A stretch of 64,000 nt of DNA from an uncultured Thermodesulfobacteriota bacterium. Lineage in GTDB: Bacteria > Desulfobacterota > WTBG01 > CAIYCZ01 > CAIRTM01. The notes beneath the pieces were generated by a model, which did no database searches, was not told the origin of the DNA, and saw only the letters and a program-made list of their open reading frames with translations. Of the stretch, positions 36,508-46,444 are shown piece after piece (within the stretch, counting starts at the first letter, position 1; each line of letters opens with the position of its first letter). The translations under genes were made by a program, and so were the position numbers. The DNA lies in contig CAZFIB010000013.1 in assembly GCA_964518865.1 (NCBI GenBank), forward strand, positions 2,777 through 66,776, in the 5' to 3' direction.

Positions 36508-37682
36508 TGAGCAGGAGAGTAGGAACGGAGGCGTCGTTCGCCATAGCCGATGCGGCTATCCTTGCCGACGTTGATGTTGTGGCAGCCTATCCTATCACCC
36601 CGCAGACCCATATCGTCGAGCACCTTTCAGAAGTCGTCGCCGACGGCGAGCTCAACGCCGAGTTTATCTGCGTCGAGTCGGAGCACTCCGCCATGAGCGC
36701 CTGTCTCGGATCTTCGGCCACGGGAGCGCGCACCTTTACCGCTACGGCCGGGCAGGGGCTCGAGCTCATGCACGAGGTTCTTTATGTCGCCTCATCCATG
36801 CGCCTGCCGATTGTAATGGCGGTTTCGAACAGGGCCCTCTCCGGACCGCTGAATGTGTGGGGCGACCACTCGGATGCCATGGCCGCCCGTGACTGCGGCT
36901 GGATACAGTATTTTACCGAAAACGCCCAGGAGGTATTCGACCTGACGCTGTGCGCGTTCCGCATCGCCGAGTCTCCCGACGTGCTCTTTCCGGTTATGGT
37001 TCACCTTGACGGATTCAACGTTTCACACGTGGTCGAGCCGCTGGAGATGATCGAAAAAGACGAGCTTGGGGACTTCATCCCGCCGATCAGTCTGCCGCAT
37101 CCCCTGGACCCCAACCGGCCGGTCACCATGGGCGCATTTGCACCCCCGGTGCTGTACTCGGAGTGCCGCAAGGCCCAGGAGATGGCCCTGCGGCCGACGA
37201 AGAATAAAATAATCGAGGTGTGGGACGAGTTCGGCAAGCGCTTCGGCCGTCAGTACCGTCCGGTGGAAACGTACCGGGCCGAGGACGCCGAAACCCTGCT
37301 TATTGCCATGGGAAGCTTTACCGAAACCGCCACCAATGCAATAGACGCCCTGCGGGAGCGCGGCGAAAAGGCGGGCCTCGTGCGGCTGCGGCTGTGGCGC
37401 CCGTTTCCCTTCGAGGAATTCCGCGAAACCGTCCGATCTGCAAAGCAGCTTATCGTTTTCGACCGCGCCATTTCCTACGGCGGCCCCGGCGGGCCGCTGT
37501 GCTCGGAGATCAAGGCCGCGCTGTACCGCGAGCCGGTACGGCAGCCGATCGTGAATTTTATCGGCGGCCTCGGCGGCCGCGACATCACGCCGCAGCAGTT
37601 CGAACAGATGTTCGAGCGCGGGCGGGAAATACTGGACAAGAACCTAGACTTAGAATATGAAACGATTGGAGTCCGAGAATGA
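36507..37682 (+). CDS. porA: Pyruvate:ferredoxin oxidoreductase alpha subunit.
   Basis: MSRRVGTEASFAIADAAILADVDVVAAYPITPQT. ATG overlaps the porD stop (TGATG). Confidence 0.85.
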   Translation: MSRRVGTEASFAIADAAILADVDVVAAYPITPQTHIVEHLSEVVADGELNAEFICVESEHSAMSACLGSSATGARTFTATAGQGLELMHEVLYVASSMRLPIVMAVSNRALSGPLNVWGDHSDAMAARDCGWIQYFTENAQEVFDLTLCAFRIAESPDVLFPVMVHLDGFNVSHVVEPLEMIEKDELGDFIPPISLPHPLDPNRPVTMGAFAPPVLYSECRKAQEMALRPTKNKIIEVWDEFGKRFGRQYRPVETYRAEDAETLLIAMGSFTETATNAIDALRERGEKAGLVRLRLWRPFPFEEFRETVRSAKQLIVFDRAISYGGPGGPLCSEIKAALYREPVRQPIVNFIGGLGGRDITPQQFEQMFERGREILDKNLDLEYETIGVRE

Positions 37683-38596
37683 ATGAGCAGACATTTCAGA
37701 AGCTGAAAGACGCCGGTGAGCTTTTTTCTCCGGGCCACAGGTCCTGTATAGGCTGCGGCGAGGTGCTGGCAGTCAGGCAGGTATGCAAGGCGCTCGGCAA
37801 GGACACCATTATCGCCAATGCCACCGGTTGTATGGAAATCGTATCATCGCCGCTGCCGACAACCAACTGGATGGTTCCCTGGATTCACACGCTGTTTGAA
37901 AACACCGCGGCTGTGGCGGCAGGCATTGAATCAGGGCTGAAATCCATGAAAAAGAAAGGGCGGGGGCCTTCCCAGGATGTCACCGTTGTTGCCATGGGCG
38001 GCGACGGCGCCACCTGCGATATCGGCTTTCAGGCGCTGTCCGGTGCACTCGAGCGCGGCCATAACTTCATCAATGTTTGCTTCGACAATGAAGCCTATAT
38101 GAATACCGGCATTCAGCGGTCAAGCTCCACACCGTTCGGTGCCATGACCACCACCTCGCCGCCCGGCAAAAAAAGTATCGGCCAGGTTACCTGGAAAAAG
38201 GACATGCCCTCTATTGCGGTTGCCCACAACATCCCCTATGTCGCAACGGCCTGCCCCAGCTATGCCGGCGACCTTGTCAAGAAGGTGCAGAAGGCCCAGG
38301 CGGTACAGGGACCGGCTTACCTGCACATTTTTTCGGTATGTCCGACTGGCTGGCGGTCAAAGCCCGAGCTTTCCATAGAACTGGGACGCCTGGCGGTAGA
38401 AACAGGTGTTTTTCCGCTCTATGAAGTCGAAAACGGTGCCTACCGGCTTACCAAAAGCGTCAAGGAGCTGAAGCCCATTCGGGACTATATGAAGCCGCAG
38501 GGGCGGTTCCGTCATCTTACCGATGACGTCATCGATGATATCCAGAAAAAGGTCTGGGAGCGCTACGAGGCACTCAAACAGCGCTGCGGCGCATGA
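37679..38596 (+). CDS. porB: Pyruvate:ferredoxin oxidoreductase beta subunit (TPP-binding).
   Basis: CIGCGEVLAV...GCMEIV...GGDGATCDIGFQAL. Confidence 0.85.
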   Translation: MNEQTFQKLKDAGELFSPGHRSCIGCGEVLAVRQVCKALGKDTIIANATGCMEIVSSPLPTTNWMVPWIHTLFENTAAVAAGIESGLKSMKKKGRGPSQDVTVVAMGGDGATCDIGFQALSGALERGHNFINVCFDNEAYMNTGIQRSSSTPFGAMTTTSPPGKKSIGQVTWKKDMPSIAVAHNIPYVATACPSYAGDLVKKVQKAQAVQGPAYLHIFSVCPTGWRSKPELSIELGRLAVETGVFPLYEVENGAYRLTKSVKELKPIRDYMKPQGRFRHLTDDVIDDIQKKVWERYEALKQRCGA

Positions 38597-38626
38597 TCCC
38601 GCTGCACCGCTACCGAAGAATTCTGC

Positions 38627-38655
38627 AAAGGCCTCCCGCGCGGAGGCCTTTTTTG
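38627..38655 (+). terminator. Rho-independent terminator after porB.
   Basis: AAAGGCCTCCCGCGCGGAGGCCTTTTTTG. Confidence 0.85.
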
Positions 38656-38656
38656 A

Positions 38657-38697
38657 ATTTTTATGCTGCTGAAACACCCGGCAGCAGCATAAAAAAC
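38657..38697. terminator. Second hairpin flanked by T-run and A-run (bidirectional terminator-like).
   Basis: TTTTTATGCTGCTG-aaacacccgg-CAGCAGCATAAAAAA. Confidence 0.5.
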
Positions 38698-38798
38698 ACT
38701 CGACAGCTCCAAAAGGTCTTGACAATTAATATTTTTTTGTATTAATATATTAATTTCTTTAAAACTATTATATCGAATGTTATCTTTTTAAAAGGAAG

Positions 38799-39845
38799 AT
38801 GCCTATGGCCTGGGGAGACGACAAAAACATTCAGCAGGGCCCGTGGAAAAAGAATGACGGCCCGCCCGACCTGGACGCGTTGTTTCGAAAGTTCGGGGAC
38901 TGGTTTTCCAAGGGCGGCTTTCCCGGCTTTTTCATTATAGCTGCGATTCTGGCGCTGATGATCCTGTTCTCCTGCTTTTACAGCATACAGTCGGGCGAGG
39001 TGGGTGTCGTGCAGCGGTTCGGAAAATTTGTCAGGCTGGCGCAGCCCGGCCTGAACTGGAAGCTCCCGGCCGGGATAGAAAAAGTCACAAAGGTGAAGGA
39101 TGCCTTTGTGTACACCGAGGAGTTCGGCATCAGAACCGTGCGCCCCGGTGTCAGAACGCAGTATGCGCCCGAGCGGGGGTTTGTCGAGGAGTCGCTGATG
39201 CTGACGGGGGACCTCAACTGCGCCATTGTCCCCTGGGTCGTACAGTACAGAATCAGCGATCCCTACAGATACATGTTTAAAGTGCGCCGGGTAAACGAGA
39301 CGCTGCGCGACATGTCGGAGGCGATCATGCGTCAGGTGGTCGGCGACCGCAGCATCAACGAAGTAATCACCGAGCGGCTTGAAATAGCGACCGAGGCACA
39401 GCGGCAGCTTCAGGTTGCGCTAAACGACGCCGAAACGGGTTTGACGATCGCCAACCTCGAGCTGAAAAAAACAACCGTGCCGGAGCCTGTCCAGCCGTCG
39501 TTTAACGAAGTAAACCAGGCCCTGCAGGAGAAAGAAAAAATGATCTACCAGGCCCGGGAAGCCTACAACAAGGTCATTCCTGAAGCCCGCGGCGAAGCCG
39601 AACGCCTCATCAAGGATGCCGAGGGCTATGCGCTCGAGCGCATCAACAGGGCCAAAGGTGATGCGAACAGGTTTCTCGAGGTGTGGAAAGAGTACAGCAA
39701 GGCCAAGGATGTCACCCGGCGGCGGCTCTATCTTGAAGCCATGGGTGAGGTTATACCGAAGCTTGGTACGAAATACATTCTCGATCCCGAGCAGAGCTCT
39801 TTGCTGCCGCTGCTTGACCTGGGAGTGAAAGGGGGCGGGCGATGA
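38799..39845 (+). CDS. hflK: HflK (SPFH/band-7) membrane protease modulator.
   Basis: TM then SGEVGVVQRFGKFVRLAQPGLNWKLP... Confidence 0.8.
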   Translation: MPMAWGDDKNIQQGPWKKNDGPPDLDALFRKFGDWFSKGGFPGFFIIAAILALMILFSCFYSIQSGEVGVVQRFGKFVRLAQPGLNWKLPAGIEKVTKVKDAFVYTEEFGIRTVRPGVRTQYAPERGFVEESLMLTGDLNCAIVPWVVQYRISDPYRYMFKVRRVNETLRDMSEAIMRQVVGDRSINEVITERLEIATEAQRQLQVALNDAETGLTIANLELKKTTVPEPVQPSFNEVNQALQEKEKMIYQAREAYNKVIPEARGEAERLIKDAEGYALERINRAKGDANRFLEVWKEYSKAKDVTRRRLYLEAMGEVIPKLGTKYILDPEQSSLLPLLDLGVKGGGR

Positions 39846-40786
39846 CGAAAACAATAACTATCGTAGCAGCTGTCGCTGTGGCGGCGGTTTTGATTATCGG
39901 CACCCCGTTTTACGTGGTTGATGAAACCGAGCAGGTCATCATCACGCAGTTCGGCAAGCCGGTAGGCGATGCAGTAATCGAACCCGGTCTGCATGTGAAG
40001 CTGCCCTTTATACAGGAAGCCAACTATTTTGCCAAGAATCTGCTCGAGTGGGACGGCGATGCCGGCCAGATACCGACCAACGATAAAACCTTTATTTCGG
40101 TAGACACGTTTGCCCGCTGGCGAATAAAGGACCCGCTGCAGTTTTACAAATCGGTCAACAATGAGCGCTTTGCGCAAAAAAAACTCGATGATATTCTGGA
40201 TGCTGCAACCTATAATTTTATTACTTCCTACCACCTGATCGAAGTGGTGCGCAGCTCAAACCGACTGATGAAAGCCGAAAAAATAACCATCGTGGGGCTG
40301 CCGGAGAAGGTCGATCAGAAAGCCCGGATAAAGCTCGGTCGCGAGCAGATGACCAGAGGCATTCTGGAGCAGGCTGCCCCCAAGCTCGACAAATTCGGTA
40401 TCGAAATTGTCGATTTCCGCATCAAGCGCGTCAACTATGTCGAGGAAGTCCGCAGGAAAGTATACGAGCGGATGATAGCCGAACGCAGGCAGATTTCCGA
40501 GAAATTCCGTTCCGAGGGCAAGGCTCAGAGCAAGCGCATCGAGGGAGAGCGTCAGAAGGAGCTGCGCAAGATAAAATCTGAGGCCTACCGAACGGCTGAG
40601 GAAATCAAGGGCAAGGCCGATGCGGAGGCCACAAAGATCTATGCCCGGGTGTTCAACAAGGACCCCGAGTTCTACTCTTTCGTAAAGACACTTGAAATTT
40701 ACAAAAAATCTCTTAATGAGGATTCGCGGGTGCTGATGAGCACCAACAGCGATTTTTTCAAATATCTTAAAAACTATAATAAATAA
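39842..40786 (+). CDS. hflC: HflC (SPFH/band-7).
   Basis: N-terminal TM, then YVVDETEQVIITQFGKPV. 4-nt overlap with hflK. Confidence 0.8.
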   Translation: MTKTITIVAAVAVAAVLIIGTPFYVVDETEQVIITQFGKPVGDAVIEPGLHVKLPFIQEANYFAKNLLEWDGDAGQIPTNDKTFISVDTFARWRIKDPLQFYKSVNNERFAQKKLDDILDAATYNFITSYHLIEVVRSSNRLMKAEKITIVGLPEKVDQKARIKLGREQMTRGILEQAAPKLDKFGIEIVDFRIKRVNYVEEVRRKVYERMIAERRQISEKFRSEGKAQSKRIEGERQKELRKIKSEAYRTAEEIKGKADAEATKIYARVFNKDPEFYSFVKTLEIYKKSLNEDSRVLMSTNSDFFKYLKNYNK

Positions 40787-40813
40787 AAAGGTTTTACAGC
40801 AGGAGGTTGCATA

Positions 40814-41077
40814 ATGGCTCATAAAAAGGCGGGAGGAAGCTCGCGAAACGGACGGGACAGCGCCGGTCAGCGCCGCGGTGTAAAGCGCTACAGCGGTCAG
40901 ACGGTCAAGGCCGGCAATATCATCGTCAGACAGCTCGGAACCAGGCTTCATCCGGGCGAAAATGTTGGAATGGGAAGGGATTACACGCTGTTTGCAAAAA
41001 TAGACGGTGTTGTGCGTTTCGAACGGTTCGGGCGCACGAAAAAAAAGGTCAGTATCGTTCCGCCCAGTGCAGCTTAG
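40814..41077 (+). CDS. rpmA: 50S ribosomal protein L27.
   Basis: [29 protein letters not shown]...DYTLFA. Confidence 0.95.
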   Translation: MAHKKAGGSSRNGRDSAGQRRGVKRYSGQTVKAGNIIVRQLGTRLHPGENVGMGRDYTLFAKIDGVVRFERFGRTKKKVSIVPPSAA

Positions 41078-41155
41078 TGCTGTGATGTGTCAGTGCGGCA
41101 ACCACGCTACCGTGTCACGTTTTGTTGTATGCTCACACACCACTGAGTCCTTTGT

Positions 41156-41181
41156 GAATGCGTTCCCGTGTGAACGCATTC
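41156..41181 (+). other. 10-bp perfect stem hairpin GAATGCGTTC-ccgtgt-GAACGCATTC between rpmA and proB.
   Basis: Read directly. No T-run follows. Confidence 0.4.
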
Positions 41182-41209
41182 AACGGCGGGCTTAGCGAGA
41201 TCGTCTGCA

Positions 41210-42355
41210 GTGACCGCAGGACATTACAGAAAAAACATACTCTCGAAAGTTCAGAGAATCGTCTTAAAGCTCGGCAGCTATGTCCTGACGACACCTTCCT
41301 GGAAAATCGACCGCAAGGTTATTTCCGACGTTATTCAAACCATTGCCGAAATACACTCCACAGGCAGGGAGTTTGTCCTTGTCAGCTCAGGGGCAATCGC
41401 CGCCGGCATGGGCAGGCTCGGCCTGAAAGAGCGGCCCCGCATTATCGCTCAGGAGCAGGCTGCCGCCGCTGTCGGACAGATCGGGCTGATGGGCATGTAT
41501 GAACGGCTTTTCAGCCGTCACGGGCTTCACGCAGCCCAGGTGCTGTTGACGCATGACGACTTTCGCAACAGGAAGCGGTTTCTGAATGCACGGCTTACCC
41601 TCAGCAGCCTGCTCGAGTTCGGCACCGTACCGGTAATCAATGAAAACGATACGACCGTTGTTGAAGAGATAAAGTGCGGGGACAATGATTACCTCGCCTC
41701 GATGGTGACGAACCTGGTGCAGGCGGATCTGCTTATTATTATGACCGACATCGACGGGTGCTATGACAAGGATCCCCGGCGGTACAAGGATGCACGACTT
41801 ATTCCGCTGATTGAGAATATCGACAAAAGTTTTGAACGTTTTGCGCTGGGAACAAAGCGCACGATAGCGCGGGGCGGCATGGCGACAAAGATAGCGGCCG
41901 CCAAGACGGCTGCACGGTTCGGCGTGCCGACGATCATCGCCAACGGAAAAGTTGCCGGAACACTCAGCCGCATTCTGGCGGGGCACGAGGAGGGCACACT
42001 GATTTTGCCGCAGAAGAACAAGCTCGCAAGCCGCAAGCACTGGATAGCCTACATGCTCAATCCGCAGGGAACGCTGCAGGTGGATGACGGCGCGCGGGAT
42101 GCGATTATACGGCACGATAAAAGCCTTCTTCCAAGCGGCATTGTATCCGTTTCAGGGCACTTCGACACCGGTGAGTCGGTAAGCTGCACAGACAGCGCCG
42201 GGCGGGAGTTCGCCCGGGGCCTGGCCGGGTACCCGTCGGCGGAAATCTCAAAAATCAAGGGACTCAAGACGTCCGAAATAGCGCGGGTGCTGGGCGTGTG
42301 TCCACACCCTGAAGTCATTCACCGCGATGATCTGGTCGTTATCGACGGTCACTGA
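41210..42355 (+). CDS. proB: Glutamate 5-kinase with a C-terminal PUA domain.
   Basis: RIVLKLGSYVLT...VLVSSGAIAAG... and a PUA-like C-terminus. The track start at 41210 is a GTG; the start codon is uncertain. Confidence 0.85.
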   Translation: MTAGHYRKNILSKVQRIVLKLGSYVLTTPSWKIDRKVISDVIQTIAEIHSTGREFVLVSSGAIAAGMGRLGLKERPRIIAQEQAAAAVGQIGLMGMYERLFSRHGLHAAQVLLTHDDFRNRKRFLNARLTLSSLLEFGTVPVINENDTTVVEEIKCGDNDYLASMVTNLVQADLLIIMTDIDGCYDKDPRRYKDARLIPLIENIDKSFERFALGTKRTIARGGMATKIAAAKTAARFGVPTIIANGKVAGTLSRILAGHEEGTLILPQKNKLASRKHWIAYMLNPQGTLQVDDGARDAIIRHDKSLLPSGIVSVSGHFDTGESVSCTDSAGREFARGLAGYPSAEISKIKGLKTSEIARVLGVCPHPEVIHRDDLVVIDGH

Positions 42356-42436
42356 CGGCATGCCTGTTTCAGTATAACTGTGTGCCGGATCATAACCGGT
42401 TTGACCGAAACCTTGTTGTAGGCGCGAGAGCAGCAC

Positions 42437-43102
42437 GTGGATCGAATCAGCGATAACAGACATGCACCGGGCATTTTCGGCGGAACCTTTAACCCGCTGC
42501 ATTTCGGCCACCTGCGGGCCGCGGAAGAGATCCGTGAACAGTTTCTCCTTGCAAAAGTCGTTTTTGTTCCCGCCCGCATACCGCCGCACAAGAAAGCTCC
42601 TGCCGCCTCGGCAGAACAGCGTTACAAAATGGTCGAACTGGCCATAGCCGACAACCCCGCCTTTGAACTATCTCATGTCGAGCTTGACCGGCCCGGCAGC
42701 TCGTATGCTGTTGAAACCATTCGCTTTTTTCTTGACGCCTGCCCGGACGGCATAAAACCGTACTTTATCATGGGAGCGGATGCGTTTCAGGATATCGCTT
42801 CGTGGAAAGAGTACCCGGATTTTTTTTCGCTGTGCCACTTCATAATCATGAGCCGGCCGGGCCACGGCACCGACACTTCGGAATTGCCGCCGGATTTGCG
42901 CGACGTTTTTATGCCCGGGGAACAGAAGCATGTGTATCGGCATCGCAGCGGAACGCTATTATGTTTCAGCTCAATTACGGCCCTGGATATTTCTTCAAGC
43001 CGTATTCGTCATATGGTGCGCGACGGCAGGAATATCCGCTATCTCGTACCCGAACCTGTTGAGCGGTATGTGCGCGAGCAGGGTCTGTATGCAAAGCAGT
43101 GA
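42437..43102 (+). CDS. nadD: Nicotinate-nucleotide adenylyltransferase.
   Basis: GIFGGTFNPLHFGHL. GTG start. Confidence 0.85.
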   Translation: MDRISDNRHAPGIFGGTFNPLHFGHLRAAEEIREQFLLAKVVFVPARIPPHKKAPAASAEQRYKMVELAIADNPAFELSHVELDRPGSSYAVETIRFFLDACPDGIKPYFIMGADAFQDIASWKEYPDFFSLCHFIIMSRPGHGTDTSELPPDLRDVFMPGEQKHVYRHRSGTLLCFSSITALDISSSRIRHMVRDGRNIRYLVPEPVERYVREQGLYAKQ

Positions 43103-43167
43103 GCGGCGGTGTCCGGCAACAACACGCGGCGACGGCACACGACAGAAAAAAGCAAGGAGGATTGTAG

Positions 43168-43524
43168 TTGGATTCGCTTGAAAAAGCTCTTTACTGCGCA
43201 CGATGCGCTGATGATACAAAGGCACAGGACCTGGTTATTCTTGAACTGAAAGAGATATCATCACTGGCCGATTATTTCATCATTTGCAACGGGACCTCGG
43301 ACAGGCAGGTCCGGGCTATCGCAGATCACATAGCAAAACGTCTGACCGAGATCAAGGCCAAACCCCTGGGAGTGGAGGGGCAGCGCGAGGGAACATGGAT
43401 TCTGATGGATTGTGATGATGTCATTATTCATGTTTTCCAGGAACAGGATCGAAGGTTTTATGACCTTGAAAACCTTTGGACGGATTGCCCGAGAGTACCG
43501 TTTGAGGCTGTGTCATCAAAGTAG
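43168..43524 (+). CDS. rsfS: Ribosomal silencing factor RsfS (Iojap).
   Basis: DYFIICNGTSDRQVRAIADHI...DCDDVIIHVF. TTG start after AAGGAGG. Confidence 0.8.
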   Translation: MDSLEKALYCARCADDTKAQDLVILELKEISSLADYFIICNGTSDRQVRAIADHIAKRLTEIKAKPLGVEGQREGTWILMDCDDVIIHVFQEQDRRFYDLENLWTDCPRVPFEAVSSK

Positions 43525-44275
43525 GGTCGTTCGCAAGGCAACGCGGATACTTGCGGGCGGTTTTTGTGATGTGCTTTTCCCGCCGCAGTGCCTGCTGTGC
43601 GGCTCGACGGTCGAGCAGCGGGAGTACGGCAGCCTGTGCAGCTCCTGCATCGCTGAAATGCCGATATGCGCCGGTCCCGTCTGTTCGCAATGCGGTGCGC
43701 CGTTTGTTTCAGAGGAAGGTTCGGATCATCTATGCGGATCGTGCATCGTGCGACCTCCGCGGTACGACCAGGCCCGGGCGGTCGGCACCTACAGTGGATA
43801 TTTGCGGGAAGCGATACAGCTCTTTAAATACGGCAAAAAAACATTATTTGCACGGCCCCTGGGCACTCTGCTGGCTGATCATGGTAAAAGACTTTTACCC
43901 GGAACGCGCTATGATAGTATCGTACCCGTGCCGCTTCACCGCCGCAGGCTTCGTCGACGGTGCTTTAATCAGTCACTGATGCTTGCCCGCCGGGTCGGCG
44001 CGCTGTGGGGGGTGCGTGTGAGCATATCGGGGTTCAAACGGATACACTGGACCGACCCGCAGGTGGGTCTTGCACTGGCTGAACGAAGACGGAATATAAA
44101 GGGTGCTTTCGCCTGCAGCGCGGGACTGTTTTCCGGTGCCCGCGTGCTGCTGGTCGACGATGTCTACACGAGCGGTGCAACGGTGAATGAATGCGCAGCA
44201 GTGCTGAAAAGGGCAGGAGCCGTAACCGTAGATGTTTTAACGCTCGCACGAGCACAACGGGAGAATGAACGTTGA
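43466..44275 (+). CDS. comF: ComF-family phosphoribosyltransferase.
   Basis: N-terminal Cys pairs (CLLCG...CSSC...CSQCG...CGSC) and a PRT motif VLLVDDVYTSGAT. The start is uncertain and overlaps the rsfS 3' end. Confidence 0.7.
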   Translation: MKTFGRIAREYRLRLCHQSRVVRKATRILAGGFCDVLFPPQCLLCGSTVEQREYGSLCSSCIAEMPICAGPVCSQCGAPFVSEEGSDHLCGSCIVRPPRYDQARAVGTYSGYLREAIQLFKYGKKTLFARPLGTLLADHGKRLLPGTRYDSIVPVPLHRRRLRRRCFNQSLMLARRVGALWGVRVSISGFKRIHWTDPQVGLALAERRRNIKGAFACSAGLFSGARVLLVDDVYTSGATVNECAAVLKRAGAVTVDVLTLARAQRENER

Positions 44276-45249
44276 ATAGACTGGACAGCGTATTTGATAT
44301 CGTTGCGGACGAGATGAAGGTTGTTGAAAAAACACTGTTGGCGCATGTCGGAAGCGATATAGACCAAATTAACAGTATCTGCTCGTATGTTTTCAAAAGC
44401 GGGGGCAAGCGGCTGCGGCCGCTGATACTGCTGCTTGCGGCACGCTGCTGCGGGTATCAGGGCGACAGCCATATTACCGTTGCCTGCGTGATGGAGTATA
44501 TTCATACGGCTACACTTCTGCATGACGATGTAATCGACCATGCCGAGATACGACGGGGCAATTCTTCGGCAAACATACTCTGGGGCAACCAGTCGACGAT
44601 ACTGAGCGGTGACTTTCTGTTTGCCAAGGCCTTTTCGCTTGCTGTCTCGATCCATGATATCGAAGTACTCGATATCATCGCCGAGACCTGCAGCCGTCTT
44701 GCAGAGGCCGAAATGATGCAGGTTATCAAAGCAGGGGACCCCCGAATAACGGAACAGGAGTACTTTACAATCATTACCGATAAAACGGCATCCCTTTTTT
44801 CCGCCTGCACACGCATCGGCGGAATTCTCGGCCGGGTGTCCGGGGAGAAAGTAAAAGCCGTAGAGCGCTACGGCCACCACTTCGGCATAGCTTTTCAGAT
44901 TATGGATGATGTGCTTGACTATTCCGCCCGCGAAGAGGACCTCGGCAAGACTATCGGCAAAGACCTGCAGGAAGGCAGCATAACCCTTCCCTTTATTGCC
45001 GCCCTGGAACGAAGCTCACCGCAGGACCGTGATTGTCTGCTCAATGCCTTCGGCCCGGGCAGCGTATCACCGGAAAACCTTTCGAGAATTATCAAAATTG
45101 TCGAGCACTACAAGGGCAGCGATTATGCTGTAGCGCGTGCGCGCGACCATGTGCAGCATGCCATCGATGCGCTTGAGGCTTTTAAAGATCGTGATGCGGT
45201 ACAGCCGCTCATCGATCTGGCGAAGTACGTCGTTGAGCGCACATCATGA
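44272..45249 (+). CDS. ispB: Polyprenyl diphosphate synthase (IspB-like).
   Basis: FARM LLHDDVIDHAEIRRG and second DD motif FQIMDDVLD. Confidence 0.85.
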   Translation: MNRLDSVFDIVADEMKVVEKTLLAHVGSDIDQINSICSYVFKSGGKRLRPLILLLAARCCGYQGDSHITVACVMEYIHTATLLHDDVIDHAEIRRGNSSANILWGNQSTILSGDFLFAKAFSLAVSIHDIEVLDIIAETCSRLAEAEMMQVIKAGDPRITEQEYFTIITDKTASLFSACTRIGGILGRVSGEKVKAVERYGHHFGIAFQIMDDVLDYSAREEDLGKTIGKDLQEGSITLPFIAALERSSPQDRDCLLNAFGPGSVSPENLSRIIKIVEHYKGSDYAVARARDHVQHAIDALEAFKDRDAVQPLIDLAKYVVERTS

Positions 45250-45255
45250 TGCTGT

Positions 45256-45388
45256 GGCATGTATCAAAATAATGCAGCCGGGCAGGAGCGGCCTCCGGCC
45301 GCAAAAAGAATCGCAGCCAACGCAGCTCCTGCATTTTCGCACAACCTGCGGGCACCGGACTAAGGCTATGGAATAGGGTGAAATGCAC
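45256..45388 (+). repeat. Repeat family B, copy B2.
   Basis: ggcatgtatcaaaataatgcagccgggcaggagcGGCCTCCGGCCGCaaaaagaatcgcagccaacgcagctcctgcattttcgcacaacctgcgggcaccggactaaggctatggaatagggtgaaatgcac. It abuts the stop of the minus-strand gene at 45388. Confidence 0.75.
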
Positions 45389-45756
45389 TAGCGCTGAATG
45401 GTTTTATCGATTTCATACTCGAGGTAATAGGTGTATCCGGGAAACTCCAGTGCGGTCTCCCACCAGACGTAGATGTTGAGGCTGTGCGGCCTGGCCGTAA
45501 TTTCTACATCTTCTTCATACAGCTCGATGCCGATTTTTTCGGCTTTCAGAATAACTTCGTTTCGGATTTTGTCGGCATCTTTGGGCCCTGCTCCCGCATT
45601 GGCCCAGTATTTTGTGATTGTAGTCACCTCCTCCTTCAGCGATTCATAGTCCCACTGTGCGTACCCCCACTTCAGACCAAACCAGACTCCAATTGCAATC
45701 AGCAGTATCGGGAAGATACAGCCGACGGCCGAGCCTCCTCGCATGGATTTCAGCAT
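45388..45756 (-). CDS. Hypothetical small membrane-anchored protein.
   Basis: 122 aa. N-terminal TM CIFPILLIAIGVWFGL. Co-oriented with the downstream dtd. Confidence 0.55.
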   Translation of the reverse strand: MLKSMRGGSAVGCIFPILLIAIGVWFGLKWGYAQWDYESLKEEVTTITKYWANAGAGPKDADKIRNEVILKAEKIGIELYEEDVEITARPHSLNIYVWWETALEFPGYTYYLEYEIDKTIQR

Positions 45757-45797
45757 CGCGGCTTACTCCTCTGGTAGTGAACGAAAAGCTCCGATTT

Positions 45798-46250
45798 TCA
45801 GAACAGCCTGGTGCTGTCGAGCATGAATGTCACCGGGCCGTCGTTTATCAGCGAAACCTCCATCATTGTTTGAAATCCGCCTTCCGCCACGCTGATGCCG
45901 CCTTCCCGCAGCCTTTCGATATATGTCCGGTAGAGCTGCACAGCACTTTCGGGCTGTGCGGCACCGCTGAACGACGGACGGCGTCCTTTGCGGCAGTCAC
46001 CGTACAGGGTGAATTGCGAAATCACCAGCGCTTCTCCGTTGATGTCCAGAAGGCTCAGGTTCATTTTATCGTTATTGTCCGAAAATGCGCGCACGTGAAT
46101 GGTTTTCGAAACCATGTAATCGACATCCTTCACTCCGTCCTCGACCCCGACACCCAGAAAAACAAGCAGGCCCCGTCCGATGTGTGCGCTGTGGTTTTGA
46201 TCGACTATATCGACCGATGCTTTTTTGACTCGCTGAATTATTGCCCGCAT
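45798..46250 (-). CDS. dtd: D-aminoacyl-tRNA deacylase.
   Basis: MRAIIQRV...SQFTLYGD...GRRPSF. Confidence 0.9.
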   Translation of the reverse strand: MRAIIQRVKKASVDIVDQNHSAHIGRGLLVFLGVGVEDGVKDVDYMVSKTIHVRAFSDNNDKMNLSLLDINGEALVISQFTLYGDCRKGRRPSFSGAAQPESAVQLYRTYIERLREGGISVAEGGFQTMMEVSLINDGPVTFMLDSTRLF

Positions 46251-46444
46251 TTTCGAGAGGCGGTTTGTCCGCAGGTGATGGTGGTTGACCTGAGCGATAC
46301 GCTCCCGAAATCAGTTTTGACTACCTGGATGCACTGCGCGCGGGGAGCATCACTTTTTTTCAATTTATGCAGATTTTTTTTGTGAAGTAAAGTAAAATAT
46401 TAAAATCATGGCATTGTTCACAAAATCTTCAGGGGACATTTACA

